A program made the translations under genes and the position numbers. A stretch of 64,000 nt of DNA. Source: an uncultured Bacteroidales bacterium. Lineage in GTDB: Bacteria; Bacteroidota; Bacteroidia; Bacteroidales; UBA10428. Every line of letters starts with the position of its first letter. The first letter of the stretch is position 1. Positions 47,746-57,554 of the stretch are shown in pieces. The notes under the pieces were generated by a model, which was not told the origin of the DNA, did not search any database, and saw nothing but the letters and a program-made list of their open reading frames with translations. Location of the stretch: positions 49,735 to 113,734 of the forward strand of contig CAVVXI010000001.1 in assembly GCA_963752195.1 (NCBI GenBank), in the 5' to 3' direction.

Positions 47746-49662
47746 GTGAAAAAAATATGCCTTTGCATCAGTTTCCTGTTCATATATGTTACTGTTCGCC
47801 CCCAGCAAGCCGAATGGCCCATATTAAAGCATTATGATCAGGATCATCTGCTCAACATAGCCCTTCCACTGGGAGGCATCGGAACGGGTACCGTTTCATT
47901 AGGAGGACGCGGCGAACTACGCGATTGGGAAATCATGAATAAACCAGCCAAAGGATTTAGTACGGTTACGAAAGGGAACAATGCTCCCTTTTTCTCTATT
48001 TATGTTAAACCATACGGGGAGTCCCCGGTTACCCGTGCTTTAATTGGTCCGGTTCATTCTTCCGAATTTATGCATTATGAAGGCAGACCTGTAAATCAGC
48101 ATGGATTCCCCCGATTTGCCAGGGCCAGTTTCGACGCCTCATACCCAGTAGGGATAGTAAACCTTTCCGACAGCAGCATGCCGGTGAAGGTGAAAATTAC
48201 AGGATTTAATCCCCTGATACCCGGCGATGCGGATGCCAGCGGATTGCCAGTTGCCGTGCTGGAATACGAGGTCACCAACATGACAGATAAATCGCTCGAA
48301 GTATCTGTTTGCGGAACCATCCGCAATTTTATCGGAAATGATGGCAGTAAGTACCATCGGGACTGGAAGGGTGACTTTATCCCCGACGGTGCCAGGAATA
48401 ATCAGAATATTTTCAGGCAGAATGATACAATTTGCGGAATTTATATGTATTCCAACAATGTTGCTAAAACCGATGCAGCCTATGGATCCATTGCATTGAC
48501 CACGGATGATAAGTCCGGGATAAGCTACCGTCGCTCCTCGGAAGCCAACAACTGGGAAAGAGCCACACTCGATTTCTGGGATGACTTCAGCAGCGATGGG
48601 AACTTAACGGATAAATCTGTCTCATACGACAATGATCCCATGGCTTCCCTGGCCGTGAAGAAAAAAATTGATCCCCGGGGTACTTTAGTATTCCGGTTCT
48701 TTATCACCTGGTATTTCCCTAACAGGTATGCATGGTCAGATGAAGTGGTCGGCAATTATTACTGCACAAAATATGTAAATGCCTGGGATGCTGCTAATAA
48801 AATTATTCCCCGGATTTCCGAATTGAAAGAAAAGACCAGGCTTTTCCTGAATGCGTTTCTTTCTTCATCCTTACCTGAGGTTGTAAAAGAATCCGCACTG
48901 TTCAATTTAAGTACGCTGCGATCCCAGACTGTTTTCAGGATTAAAAGCGGGCACATGATGGGCTGGGAAGGGGTGATGGACGATTTTGGATCCTGTTATG
49001 GCTCGTGCACCCATGTTTGGAATTATGAAGTGGCAACACCCTTTCTTTTTGGCAGCCTGGCGTGCACAATGAGGGATGTAGAGTTGAATTCGGTAATGAA
49101 ATACAATTATGTAGCCGATTTTTCCTCCCGATTCAATAACATGAGATCGTATGTTATGGGCAGGGAAAGCGGCCTTATCATGGCAAGCTGGCCGAACGGA
49201 CGGCTGAAAGTGCCGTTCCCCTATTTTGCCGAGTCCATGACCGGATTCGAATATGCCGCAGCAGTGGCTATGATTTACGAAGGTCAAATCCTGGAAGGTC
49301 AGAAATGTATCAGCAGTATCCGCGCCCGTTTTGATGGGTACAAACGAAATCCTTTTGACGAACCCGAATGCGGTCACCACTATGCCCGGGCAATGGCAAG
49401 CTGGGCTTCAGTAATTGCACTTTCCGGATTTCGTTATTCTGCAATAGAAAAAAGCATATCGTTTACCTCTCAACCGGGAATCTATTTCTGGAGTAATGGC
49501 TATGCCTGGGGCACCTGCCGGGTGGAAAAAGACAAAGCCATATTAAGCGTACTGAAGGGAAGCATATATTTGGACGAATTTCATCCTCAGGGAAAGAAAA
49601 CGTTGACATTTCCGCCAATGATCCTAATCGAAGATAATACAAAAGTGTTTGTTTTCAATTAG
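47746..49662 (+). CDS. GH116-like (GBA2-type / DUF608) beta-glucosidase family protein
   Basis: GTG start with a signal peptide. The N-terminal motif ALPLGGIGTGTVSLGGRGELRDWEIMNKP and the catalytic-domain motifs GSCYGSCTHVWNYE and ECGHHYARAMASWA match GH116/DUF608 proteins as I recall them. Confidence 0.7.
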   Translation: MKKICLCISFLFIYVTVRPQQAEWPILKHYDQDHLLNIALPLGGIGTGTVSLGGRGELRDWEIMNKPAKGFSTVTKGNNAPFFSIYVKPYGESPVTRALIGPVHSSEFMHYEGRPVNQHGFPRFARASFDASYPVGIVNLSDSSMPVKVKITGFNPLIPGDADASGLPVAVLEYEVTNMTDKSLEVSVCGTIRNFIGNDGSKYHRDWKGDFIPDGARNNQNIFRQNDTICGIYMYSNNVAKTDAAYGSIALTTDDKSGISYRRSSEANNWERATLDFWDDFSSDGNLTDKSVSYDNDPMASLAVKKKIDPRGTLVFRFFITWYFPNRYAWSDEVVGNYYCTKYVNAWDAANKIIPRISELKEKTRLFLNAFLSSSLPEVVKESALFNLSTLRSQTVFRIKSGHMMGWEGVMDDFGSCYGSCTHVWNYEVATPFLFGSLACTMRDVELNSVMKYNYVADFSSRFNNMRSYVMGRESGLIMASWPNGRLKVPFPYFAESMTGFEYAAAVAMIYEGQILEGQKCISSIRARFDGYKRNPFDEPECGHHYARAMASWASVIALSGFRYSAIEKSISFTSQPGIYFWSNGYAWGTCRVEKDKAILSVLKGSIYLDEFHPQGKKTLTFPPMILIEDNTKVFVFN

Positions 49663-49914
49663 CTGTAACCTTTTGGTCTATCATTGCTGCTAATGTGGAA
49701 AAATCAGTGATATTGACCACCCCTTGCCGTTTTTTCCAATCATTCAAGTCCTCTTATCCATTTTCATAGATTTTATAGCTTTGAGGCCATTCGGGAATCC
49801 TTGTATAAGGTTCTGAATTTAAAATTTGGAATTATTTATGATCCAGAAATTAAACTCAACGGTTTTAAAACACTAATTAATCACTACCTTTGTTATTGTT
49901 TGAATTTTACAATC

Positions 49915-50844
49915 ATGGAAAACGTAAAAATAAGAGAGTTCTATAAAGATATTTTTGCCAATAGTAATTGTGAGCTTGATTACTTTTTAGATAGTAAAGG
50001 CAATACTGAATTAGGTCATTTTAATGTATTTGATACGGCAAAGTTTTATTATAGCGGAAACAAAAAGTCTGAAATGACTTACAACCGAAGGTTGTATTAC
50101 AAAATAAGTTTGATTAAAGGTAAAAATCTTGTAGAGTATGCTGACAAAACAGTTCTCATAGAAAAACAAGGAGTATTGTTTGCAACACCTAGAATTCCTT
50201 ACAGATATACACCACAAAACAAAGAGCAGTCTGGATTTTTTTGTGTGTTTACTAAAGATTTTTTATCAAAATCAAAAACAGGTTTGCTTATTGATGAATT
50301 GCCAATTTATCAGCCTAATAGTGATTTTGTATATCAGTTAAATGATGAACAATATCCTGAAATGGAAGTGATATTTAAGAAAATGGACGCAGAACTGTCT
50401 TCTGACTATGCATTTAAGTACGATTTGTTGCGTAATTATGTATTGGAACTGATACACACCGGACAGAAATTAAAACCAATGAAAAGTACCGATGCTACTA
50501 CCAATGCAGCCAGTAGAATTTCTTCATTGTTTATAGAATTATTGGAAAGGCAGTTCCCTATTGAAAGTGATGCACAAGTAATACAACTCAAAACGCCTAT
50601 TGATTTTGCCAATACTTTGGGCATACATATCAATCACCTTAATAAAGTGTTAAAAGAAACTACTGGCAGAACCACCACAGAAATTGTTAATGGCAGAATA
50701 GCAGAAGAAGCCAAAATATTACTAAAACAAACGCAATGGAATGTATCTGAAATTGCTTTTGCTTTGGGGTTTGATGAAGTAGCCCATTTTTCTAACTTCT
50801 TTAAAAAGCGAACAACCCTTTCCCCTTTGAAATATCGGAATTGA
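49915..50844 (+). CDS. AraC-family transcriptional regulator
   Basis: The C-terminal double HTH is FANTLGIHINHLNKVLKETTGRTT...VSEIAFALGFDEVAHFSNFFKKRTTLSPLKYR. I prefer the start MENVKIREF at 49915 over the TTG at 49801. Confidence 0.85.
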   Translation: MENVKIREFYKDIFANSNCELDYFLDSKGNTELGHFNVFDTAKFYYSGNKKSEMTYNRRLYYKISLIKGKNLVEYADKTVLIEKQGVLFATPRIPYRYTPQNKEQSGFFCVFTKDFLSKSKTGLLIDELPIYQPNSDFVYQLNDEQYPEMEVIFKKMDAELSSDYAFKYDLLRNYVLELIHTGQKLKPMKSTDATTNAASRISSLFIELLERQFPIESDAQVIQLKTPIDFANTLGIHINHLNKVLKETTGRTTTEIVNGRIAEEAKILLKQTQWNVSEIAFALGFDEVAHFSNFFKKRTTLSPLKYRN

Positions 50845-50933
50845 TTGAAATTTGCAAATAGTGGATTGCTATTTACAAGCATTTTATTTGCTTAAAGTCT
50901 GACCTTTGTATCTCAACTTAAAAGGTAAATAAA

Positions 50934-51701
50934 ATGACAAGCAATTCAAACAAAGTAGCATTGGTAACTGGTGGTAGTCGTGGACTAGGTAGAGACATGG
51001 CGATACAATTGGCCAAGAAAAATTTTGATGTTATCATCACTTACAACAGTAACAATGTAGCAGCCAATAAAGTGGTGGATGATGTTAAAGCAGTTGGAAA
51101 GAAAGCCATTGCTTTACAACTTGATGTAGCTAAAAGCAGTGGTTATGATGCTTTTATAAGCCAGGTAAAAGAAAAATTGACAAGTGATTTTGGCACAAAT
51201 CAAATTCACTCTTTAGTGAATAATGCAGGTACGGGGCTTTATGCTCCCTTTGATAGTACTACTGAAGAGCAATTTGATGATATGGTAAACATTCACCTAA
51301 AGTCTGCATTTTTCTTGACGCAAAAGATGCTACCTATCCTGTCTGATGGCGGTAGCATTATTAATATATCTTCGGGCTTGGCCCGCTTTAGTAACAATAA
51401 CTATTCAGCTTATGCAATAATGAAAGCTGCAATTGAAAGTTTAACTAGATATCAAGCTCTGGAATTGGGCAGTAGAAGAATACGAGTAAACACCGTAGCG
51501 CCTGGTGCTATAGAAACTGATTTTGCAGGTGGTTCTGTAAGAGACAGCAAAGAAATAAACAATATGATTGCAAGTATTACATCATTAGGCAGGGTGGGTT
51601 TACCTGATGACATAGGAAGTGTAGTGGCTTTCCTGTGCAGTGAAGATGCGAAGTGGGTAAATGCACAACGAATTGAAGTTTCTGGTGGAGTTCATATTTA
51701 A
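50934..51701 (+). CDS. Short-chain dehydrogenase/reductase (SDR)
   Basis: The cofactor motif is ALVTGGSRGLGRD. The catalytic residues are in YSAYAIMKAA (YxxxK), and NNAG is present. Confidence 0.9.
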   Translation: MTSNSNKVALVTGGSRGLGRDMAIQLAKKNFDVIITYNSNNVAANKVVDDVKAVGKKAIALQLDVAKSSGYDAFISQVKEKLTSDFGTNQIHSLVNNAGTGLYAPFDSTTEEQFDDMVNIHLKSAFFLTQKMLPILSDGGSIINISSGLARFSNNNYSAYAIMKAAIESLTRYQALELGSRRIRVNTVAPGAIETDFAGGSVRDSKEINNMIASITSLGRVGLPDDIGSVVAFLCSEDAKWVNAQRIEVSGGVHI

Positions 51702-52037
51702 TTCATTAATCCTCCAATATTTATAAAATGGGTTTACCCTCCATACTTATGAAATTCGGTAACTGTCAAAAAATGGCGAAAGACAAATCAATTTTGCTTT
51801 TGTCTTATATGAATTAAGCTATACTTTGCAGACGATTAACTGTATACAAAGTTACTTGCAAACTACATTTTAACACTTCCTGTTTTACGGTTTGTTCCCG
51901 GTGTCGATTATCAGCAAGGAACAAGCTAAAATTGCAACGGATGGGGACGTGTTTTTTTGGGTATTGACTACGTTGAAACGCCAGGTTGTAAACCTCCTTC
52001 TTAAAAACCCAAGATATATTTCTTTGAGAATGATACT

Positions 52038-52113
52038 GTACAGGAATGTCAGGTTTATATTAGAGGTTCAATGCATACACCTTTGAATCCAAGCGCGGTT
52101 CGGGATGCAACGC
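52038..52113 (+). pseudogene. ~75-bp relic of a Fic gene paralogue
   Basis: gtacaggaatg-tcaggtttatattagaggttcaatgcatacacctttgaatccaagcgcggttcgggatg aligns with 15718-15795 inside the Fic gene. There are a few mismatches and a 1-nt deletion. Confidence 0.7.
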
Positions 52114-52382
52114 AAGAATACACAAAATCGGATTTGAATTAGCTTAACTGTTTTTAATTTTGGATATACATTCGGATGCACAGAGTGATTTTATGTGAAA
52201 AATGTTTTTCCTTCCTTTTCATCATCATTTCTATAAAATCCAGAACCGAACCGCAGAAAATATCGTATATAACCCGCCGCGAAGAGAGATTCTTAAGGCC
52301 TTCACTTAAATACCTATATGCTGATTACTCGTAAACAGTGTGTGGTGAATCAGTTCAGGAATTTCATAAAAAATAAGAGAAT

Positions 52383-53240
52383 ATGTCCAGATACGGAAAT
52401 TTGCAATATGAAATTGACAGACCGGAACCTTCTGAACTATTTCTGAAAGCCAGAAAAATTGCAGGTTGTCAATTACAGGAACAATTCAGGAAGCTTAATA
52501 CAGGAATCCCTGATGTAAGTTATAACAGTTTTAAATGGATAAAATCAGAACTAACGTATCCATCATTTGATCCCATAACTTTTGCTTATAAGAATGCTGT
52601 CTTTTCAGTTATAATTGAATTGATAGACGAGGATCAAACCTCAATGACTAAAAACCAAATTGAGAGATTAGTTAAAGCAACAGAAAAGAATAATATAATT
52701 CCCTGTGTATTCAGATTGAAAATGAAAAGAAAACAACGTAAATCGTTTCATAGGTTAATTAATACAGAATATTCACAACAATCCCAAGACCTGGAAATGA
52801 TTCCAATTAACAATGAGTGGAATCTTTGCAATATCAGGACAGGAATTGAAGTAATTCCTGAAAACATTGGAAATGAAGTGGAAATCAAAATGTCAAATTG
52901 GGAGTTACAGAATTTCGCAATACAAATTGTTCGAAACGGTTTAGAAAAAGAAGGTATATCAGTACTTTCATATTGCGATTTACTGGAAGTTAATCCTCAA
53001 ATATGGTTCAGGGACAAACAAGGTAATATATGTTGGTCAATAGTAAAACATATTACCGAAAAGCCAGAAGAAAAATTTCAGGAATGGGTTGGAATTGAAA
53101 ATGCAAACCCCAAATTAAAAGATTTTGATGGTTTTTTCGCTACAGTTCAATTTAATTCAACCCGGCATAATGGATTGATCAGAGGAGATTGTATGAATTT
53201 TAAGTATTCAGGGTTAAAAAGAATTTATGTTAAGCTATAA
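52383..53240 (+). CDS. Hypothetical protein
   Basis: 285-aa ORF with no signal peptide. I recognised no family. Its last ~10 codons lie in a 44-bp sequence that is repeated at 33421-33464. Confidence 0.45.
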   Translation: MSRYGNLQYEIDRPEPSELFLKARKIAGCQLQEQFRKLNTGIPDVSYNSFKWIKSELTYPSFDPITFAYKNAVFSVIIELIDEDQTSMTKNQIERLVKATEKNNIIPCVFRLKMKRKQRKSFHRLINTEYSQQSQDLEMIPINNEWNLCNIRTGIEVIPENIGNEVEIKMSNWELQNFAIQIVRNGLEKEGISVLSYCDLLEVNPQIWFRDKQGNICWSIVKHITEKPEEKFQEWVGIENANPKLKDFDGFFATVQFNSTRHNGLIRGDCMNFKYSGLKRIYVKL

Positions 53241-53410
53241 AATCATAGCCGTGAATTCCAGTACTTTTTCAAGCAGGTCGATAGCTGTCCACGTCATGGT
53301 TATAATGTTTAAATTGAGTAGCAGTCTTAAACATGGCTCCTTTAGGGGTTGTATACCTGTCGCATGATGATACAACCAGGTTGCCGGAGGAACTTTTCAG
53401 AATGGTGAGA

Positions 53411-53884
53411 TCAGTCCGTTTTATGTCCAACATATTCGGCTAATTTGTTCAAGGATGAAATTGTTCCTGCTTCATTGTCTTCAGGTTTAATGCCTTTAGG
53501 AATGTCTTTAAAATAGAATGTTACCCTTGTCTCCTTGTCAACAGGTTCTAAAGTTACTTCCATAATCATCTCCACAGAAAATTCGGGATCAGGAGATTCA
53601 AAGTTCACAGCCTGCACTATTTTTTTGTTTGGAACGAGCTCAATAAACCGGGCAGTAAACTTATCCTCTTTTCCTTTTGTTTTCCCTTTCATTTCCGTTT
53701 CGCTATCAGGATAGTATAAGGACATTTGATATCCACCGCCAATCCTAAGGTCAAAATGGTGGACTTTGGCAGTCATATCGCCCGGGACCTGCCATGTTTC
53801 CAAAGCTGAAGGACTTGTAAAAGCTTTATAAATTGTTTCTGCTGTTGCCTTTATAACTTTTGAGTTTCTGGTTGATTGACCCAT
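53411..53884 (-). CDS. SRPBCC-superfamily protein (AHSA1/Aha1-like domain)
   Basis: The motif pattern is IKATAETIYKAFTSPSALETWQVPGDMTAKVHHFDLRIGGGYQMSLYY. The ~157-aa size is typical of the family. Confidence 0.8.
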   Translation of the reverse strand: MGQSTRNSKVIKATAETIYKAFTSPSALETWQVPGDMTAKVHHFDLRIGGGYQMSLYYPDSETEMKGKTKGKEDKFTARFIELVPNKKIVQAVNFESPDPEFSVEMIMEVTLEPVDKETRVTFYFKDIPKGIKPEDNEAGTISSLNKLAEYVGHKTD

Positions 53885-54044
53885 TGTCTTGCTATTTTTC
53901 GATAATTAATACAAAATGTTATTGGCCTAGGTTAGATATTACCGGAAGCCTTATTTGTTTTTGTCCATATTGCGTACCTTATTATTTAATTTTTTCTTTT
54001 GACGGCAAATTACATCGTCTGGTATTTCCTAAAACAGCCATTAC

Positions 54045-54497
54045 TCATTTATTCCCGAGTTGCTCCGCCAAACCGATTAGGATCCCTTCGGGTCCGCGGA
54101 TATAGCAAAGCTTATACGTGTCCTCGTACTGAACCACTTCTCCAACGAGCTGGGCGCCATGCTTGCTGAGCCTGGATACCATCTCGCCTATGTCTTCAAC
54201 GGTGAACATGACGCGAAGATAACCCAAGGCGTTCACTGGGGCAATTCGATGATCTGAGATAGGAGGCGGAGTGAGAAATCTCGAAATCTCGAGTCGGCTG
54301 TGGCCATCCGGAGTGACCATCATGGCAATTTCTACGCACTGAGAGCCCAGTCCTGTAACGCGACCAGCCCATTCTCCTTCGATGGTGGCACGTCCTTCAA
54401 GTTTCAGTCCCATCTCCGTGAAAAAAGAGATAGCATCATCAAGGGATTCAACAACTATGCCGACATTGTCCATTCGAAGTAAATATTTCTTCATCAT
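54045..54497 (-). CDS. VOC-family (glyoxalase/bleomycin-resistance/dioxygenase) protein
   Basis: RMDNVGIVVESLDDAISFFTEMGLKLEG...YIRGPEGILIGLAEQL is a typical paired beta-alpha-beta-beta-beta module signature. Confidence 0.85.
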   Translation of the reverse strand: MMKKYLLRMDNVGIVVESLDDAISFFTEMGLKLEGRATIEGEWAGRVTGLGSQCVEIAMMVTPDGHSRLEISRFLTPPPISDHRIAPVNALGYLRVMFTVEDIGEMVSRLSKHGAQLVGEVVQYEDTYKLCYIRGPEGILIGLAEQLGNK

Positions 54498-54795
54498 ATT
54501 TATATCAGCTTATGAAGTATTTCAAAACAACACCGCCAGTTGAAAGTTGTTGTTTTAAAATAAGTGATAAATTCCTGGTAGCAATATCTTGCCGGAATAC
54601 CGGCCGTCCGCTTGGCAGATTACAAAAGCCTGAATTTGTTATATTCCTCAATTTAGCAGGTGATAAAATTATCTTAACCTGCAATAAATTAAATTCAACT
54701 GATATAAGATACGTATTATCGTCGCAGGATGGGAAGACGATGTGCGCAAATCAGAGAATTCCTGCCTCTTCCAGTCCTCCGAACTAACATCATCA

Positions 54796-55210
54796 GTACC
54801 GGTCCACCCCGGTTTTCTCTATTCGTACCGTTCGTCCGAAACAAAGTGCCACGGTTGCCTGCTTGGCCCGATTTCCCTTTGCGGTTTTTGCTTGACAGCG
54901 TCCGGCGGAAACCTTTCTGAAGTTGTGGATTTTTGTCCCGCTGTTTTGAATTCTGCGACATGCGCCTCAAGTTGAGTTATATATCTGTTGGCTGATATTA
55001 ACCTTTGATCCAAAGCAGCCTGACAATAATTGCATAGAGTTCTTTCTTTGATTGAGAATGGGCCGGTATGATGATCAGCATCGTAAGTGAGATAATCACT
55101 AAAATGAGTTTCATATATATATAATTATGGAGAGATATTTAAGACCAGGTATATACGGCATTAGGCCGAATTCTTTCTAATGTTAAAATCCGGATTATTT
55201 TTCGATAAGG
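54796..55210 (-). pseudogene. Deletion derivative of the thermonuclease / small-protein cassette
   Basis: 54796-54870 aligns with 13508-13583 (mid nuclease gene). 54871-54958 aligns with about 13955-14040 (small protein gene). A ~92-bp unrelated insert follows. 55051-55210 aligns with 14041-14200 (signal peptide MKLILVIISLTML and ~100 bp of upstream leader). About 370 bp of the intact cassette is missing. Confidence 0.75.
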
Positions 55211-55272
55211 AGTACCTGTAGGAATGCCAAATGGACAATAAAAAGCTTCTTAACTGCTGCGTAAGTCTGAGT

Positions 55273-56256
55273 TTATGTTTTGGCTTTAATTTTACTTTGC
55301 TTTTCCATTTCTTTTTCTGTGGATTCTGTTGATTTCTCATTTTGCTGTACACTTTTTTCGTTGCTCTCAATCTGGATTACTTTTACCATTATAGCATAAT
55401 CTTTCGGAACTATTTCATCCCCAAATTTTAAGGCATATGCTTTGGCAATTTCGGCTCCAAAGTAGAGCATGATTGAGGAATAATAGATCCACATTAACAA
55501 AACCACAAACGAACCCGCCGACCCAAACGAACTCCTCAGGTTACTGTGCTTGATAAAGAGTGTAAATCCAAACTTCCCGATCAAAAAAAGAACTGAAGCA
55601 AACAAGGCTCCGGCTGCCACATCGCTCCATCTGATATGGGCATCGGGTAAAAACTTATAAATAGCTGCAAACAGAATAGCAACTATCAGCAATAAGATCA
55701 TGATGTCGAGCAAATAAAACAGGGTAACAGAGAAATTCGGGAACATCTCTTTAATTTTATGCATAAATCCTTCGAATAAACCGCTTACGAACAGAAATAC
55801 AAGGAAAAGCAAACCGATACCACCAATCAGGCAAAAAGAGATAAGACGTACTTTGAGCATCTGTCGGAATCCGCGGCCTTTTTTAATTCTTAAATTCCAT
55901 ATGGTGTTTATGGAATCGTGCATTTCGTTGAAAGCAGTTGTTGCAGTAAATATCAGGATTACAATACTTATTACGGCCATTAAGTCGCTGTTTGTAATGG
56001 TGGCGTTTTTAATGAGTTCCTGGATCTGTTTGGCTGGCTGTTCGCCAATAAATCCGCTGATTTGAATGTAAACATTACCCTCTGCAGCTTTCTGCCCCCA
56101 AAACAAACCTGAAATATAAATTACCAGCAATAAAATGGGGCCAATGGAAAACATGGTGTAGAAACAAAGGGAAGCGCTTAATCTCAAAATTTTATGCTTT
56201 GAAAATCCGGCGCCTGCATCTTTGATAATCTTCCAATAATCCTTAAAATGAGTCAT
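55273..56256 (-). CDS. YihY/BrkB-family inner-membrane protein
   Basis: AGAGFSKHKILRLSASLCFYTMFSIGPILLLVIYISGLFWG and six predicted TMs. I prefer the start MTHFKDYW (56256). It has a C-terminal Lys/Glu-rich tail. Confidence 0.85.
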   Translation of the reverse strand: MTHFKDYWKIIKDAGAGFSKHKILRLSASLCFYTMFSIGPILLLVIYISGLFWGQKAAEGNVYIQISGFIGEQPAKQIQELIKNATITNSDLMAVISIVILIFTATTAFNEMHDSINTIWNLRIKKGRGFRQMLKVRLISFCLIGGIGLLFLVFLFVSGLFEGFMHKIKEMFPNFSVTLFYLLDIMILLLIVAILFAAIYKFLPDAHIRWSDVAAGALFASVLFLIGKFGFTLFIKHSNLRSSFGSAGSFVVLLMWIYYSSIMLYFGAEIAKAYALKFGDEIVPKDYAIMVKVIQIESNEKSVQQNEKSTESTEKEMEKQSKIKAKT

Positions 56257-56496
56257 TTTTCGTATCTTATTTACTACCAATAACACTTAAATTGCCATTT
56301 GTTTCAAGGAACACGCCTGTACATGTTCATTTTGGGTAACATTTAAGGATCCACCCTGTCCAAAGGTACCTAAGCAGGTATGTTTTCGGATCAGCTTTCA
56401 TTGTCGATTGTGACTGCAAAATTTTCCAGGTGCAGGATAGCTGAAAGGTCAATAAATTAATTCAACTTATTCAAAATGAATGCCATACCGTATTTT

Positions 56497-56504
56497 TACT
56501 TTTG
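56497..56504 (+). promoter_or_regulatory. Candidate TAnnTTTG -7 promoter element upstream of the SPFH gene
   Basis: tacttttg matches TAnnTTTG and lies ~135 nt upstream of the ATG at 56640. Nearby repeated ttatgtaat strings (gaattatgtaattc, tagttatgtaatgc) could be a regulator site. Confidence 0.25.
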
Positions 56505-56639
56505 TAAAAATATGTGAATTATGTAATTCTTACCAATAGTTATGTAATGCTTATCTAGTTAGAGGTCCTGACCTTTGTCATTCCACCACATAATACTATT
56601 GAAAAATACCTGAAACTCTGTAAAATAAAGGAAAATAAA

Positions 56640-57506
56640 ATGAACTATTTGTATTTAATTATCCCTGTTGCAATCCTATTTCTCATTGGAATCAGAATTG
56701 TGCGCCCCACTCAACGAGGCTTAATTGAAAGGTTAGGAAAATATAAAAAACTGGCCAATCCCGGTTTTCACTGGATTATCCCGGTCATCGACAGGTTGTA
56801 TATGGTAAATGTAACCGAGCAGATGGTAAATGCCGATCCGCAGGAAATTATAACCAACGATAACCTCAATGCGAGCGTAGATGCCCAGGTTTATTTCAGG
56901 GTTATAGCCAATGAAGAGAGCGTTAAAGGTTCCATCTATAATGTTAATAATTTTCAATGGCAAATAGTTAACCTTGCACGCACCACCTTGCGCAATATTA
57001 TCGGAACACTCACGCTAAAATCTGCCAATAGCGAACGTGGGAAAATTAATTCAGAACTCTACAGAACATTGCACGATGAAACCAAAAGCTGGGGTATTGA
57101 AATTGTGCGCACTGAGTTGAAAGAAATTGACCCGCCAAGAGATGTGCAGGAGACCATGAATAAAGTGGTAAAAGCTGAAAATGAAAAAATAGCAGCCATC
57201 GATTCAGCTACTGCTGCTGAAACGGTCGCAGATGGTATTAAACGCGCCAAAATTAAAGAAGCTGAGGGTTTTAAGCAGTCGAAAATATTGCATGCCGAAG
57301 GTGACGCCGAGGCCATTAAACTGGTAAATGAAGCGGCTGATAAATATTTTATCGGAAATGCTCAATTATTGAGGAAGTTGGAGGCACTTGAAGTATCACT
57401 TGGGAACAATGCCAAAATTGTCATTCCAACAGGAACCGAACTTGTAAATATTATTGGCGAGATGGCAGGTATTATACCTTTGGTAAAAAAACAAAAAGAA
57501 GGTTGA
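56640..57506 (+). CDS. SPFH/band-7 (stomatin/slipin-like) membrane protein
   Basis: It has an N-terminal TM followed by IVRPTQRGLIERLGKY...GFHWIIPVIDR...D...VDAQVYFRV...ARTTLRNIIG...WGIEIVRTELKEIDPP. Confidence 0.9.
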   Translation: MNYLYLIIPVAILFLIGIRIVRPTQRGLIERLGKYKKLANPGFHWIIPVIDRLYMVNVTEQMVNADPQEIITNDNLNASVDAQVYFRVIANEESVKGSIYNVNNFQWQIVNLARTTLRNIIGTLTLKSANSERGKINSELYRTLHDETKSWGIEIVRTELKEIDPPRDVQETMNKVVKAENEKIAAIDSATAAETVADGIKRAKIKEAEGFKQSKILHAEGDAEAIKLVNEAADKYFIGNAQLLRKLEALEVSLGNNAKIVIPTGTELVNIIGEMAGIIPLVKKQKEG

Positions 57507-57554
57507 TTTGAAAAAGTTTGCATGTTACAAAAGCACCATCTTAATTAAAGAAAA

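Noticed and set aside
53921-53935. A fourth copy of the tRNA-like junction motif (ggttagatatt)
   Set aside because: Only 11 nt match and the ctcgctac end is absent, so this is probably chance.
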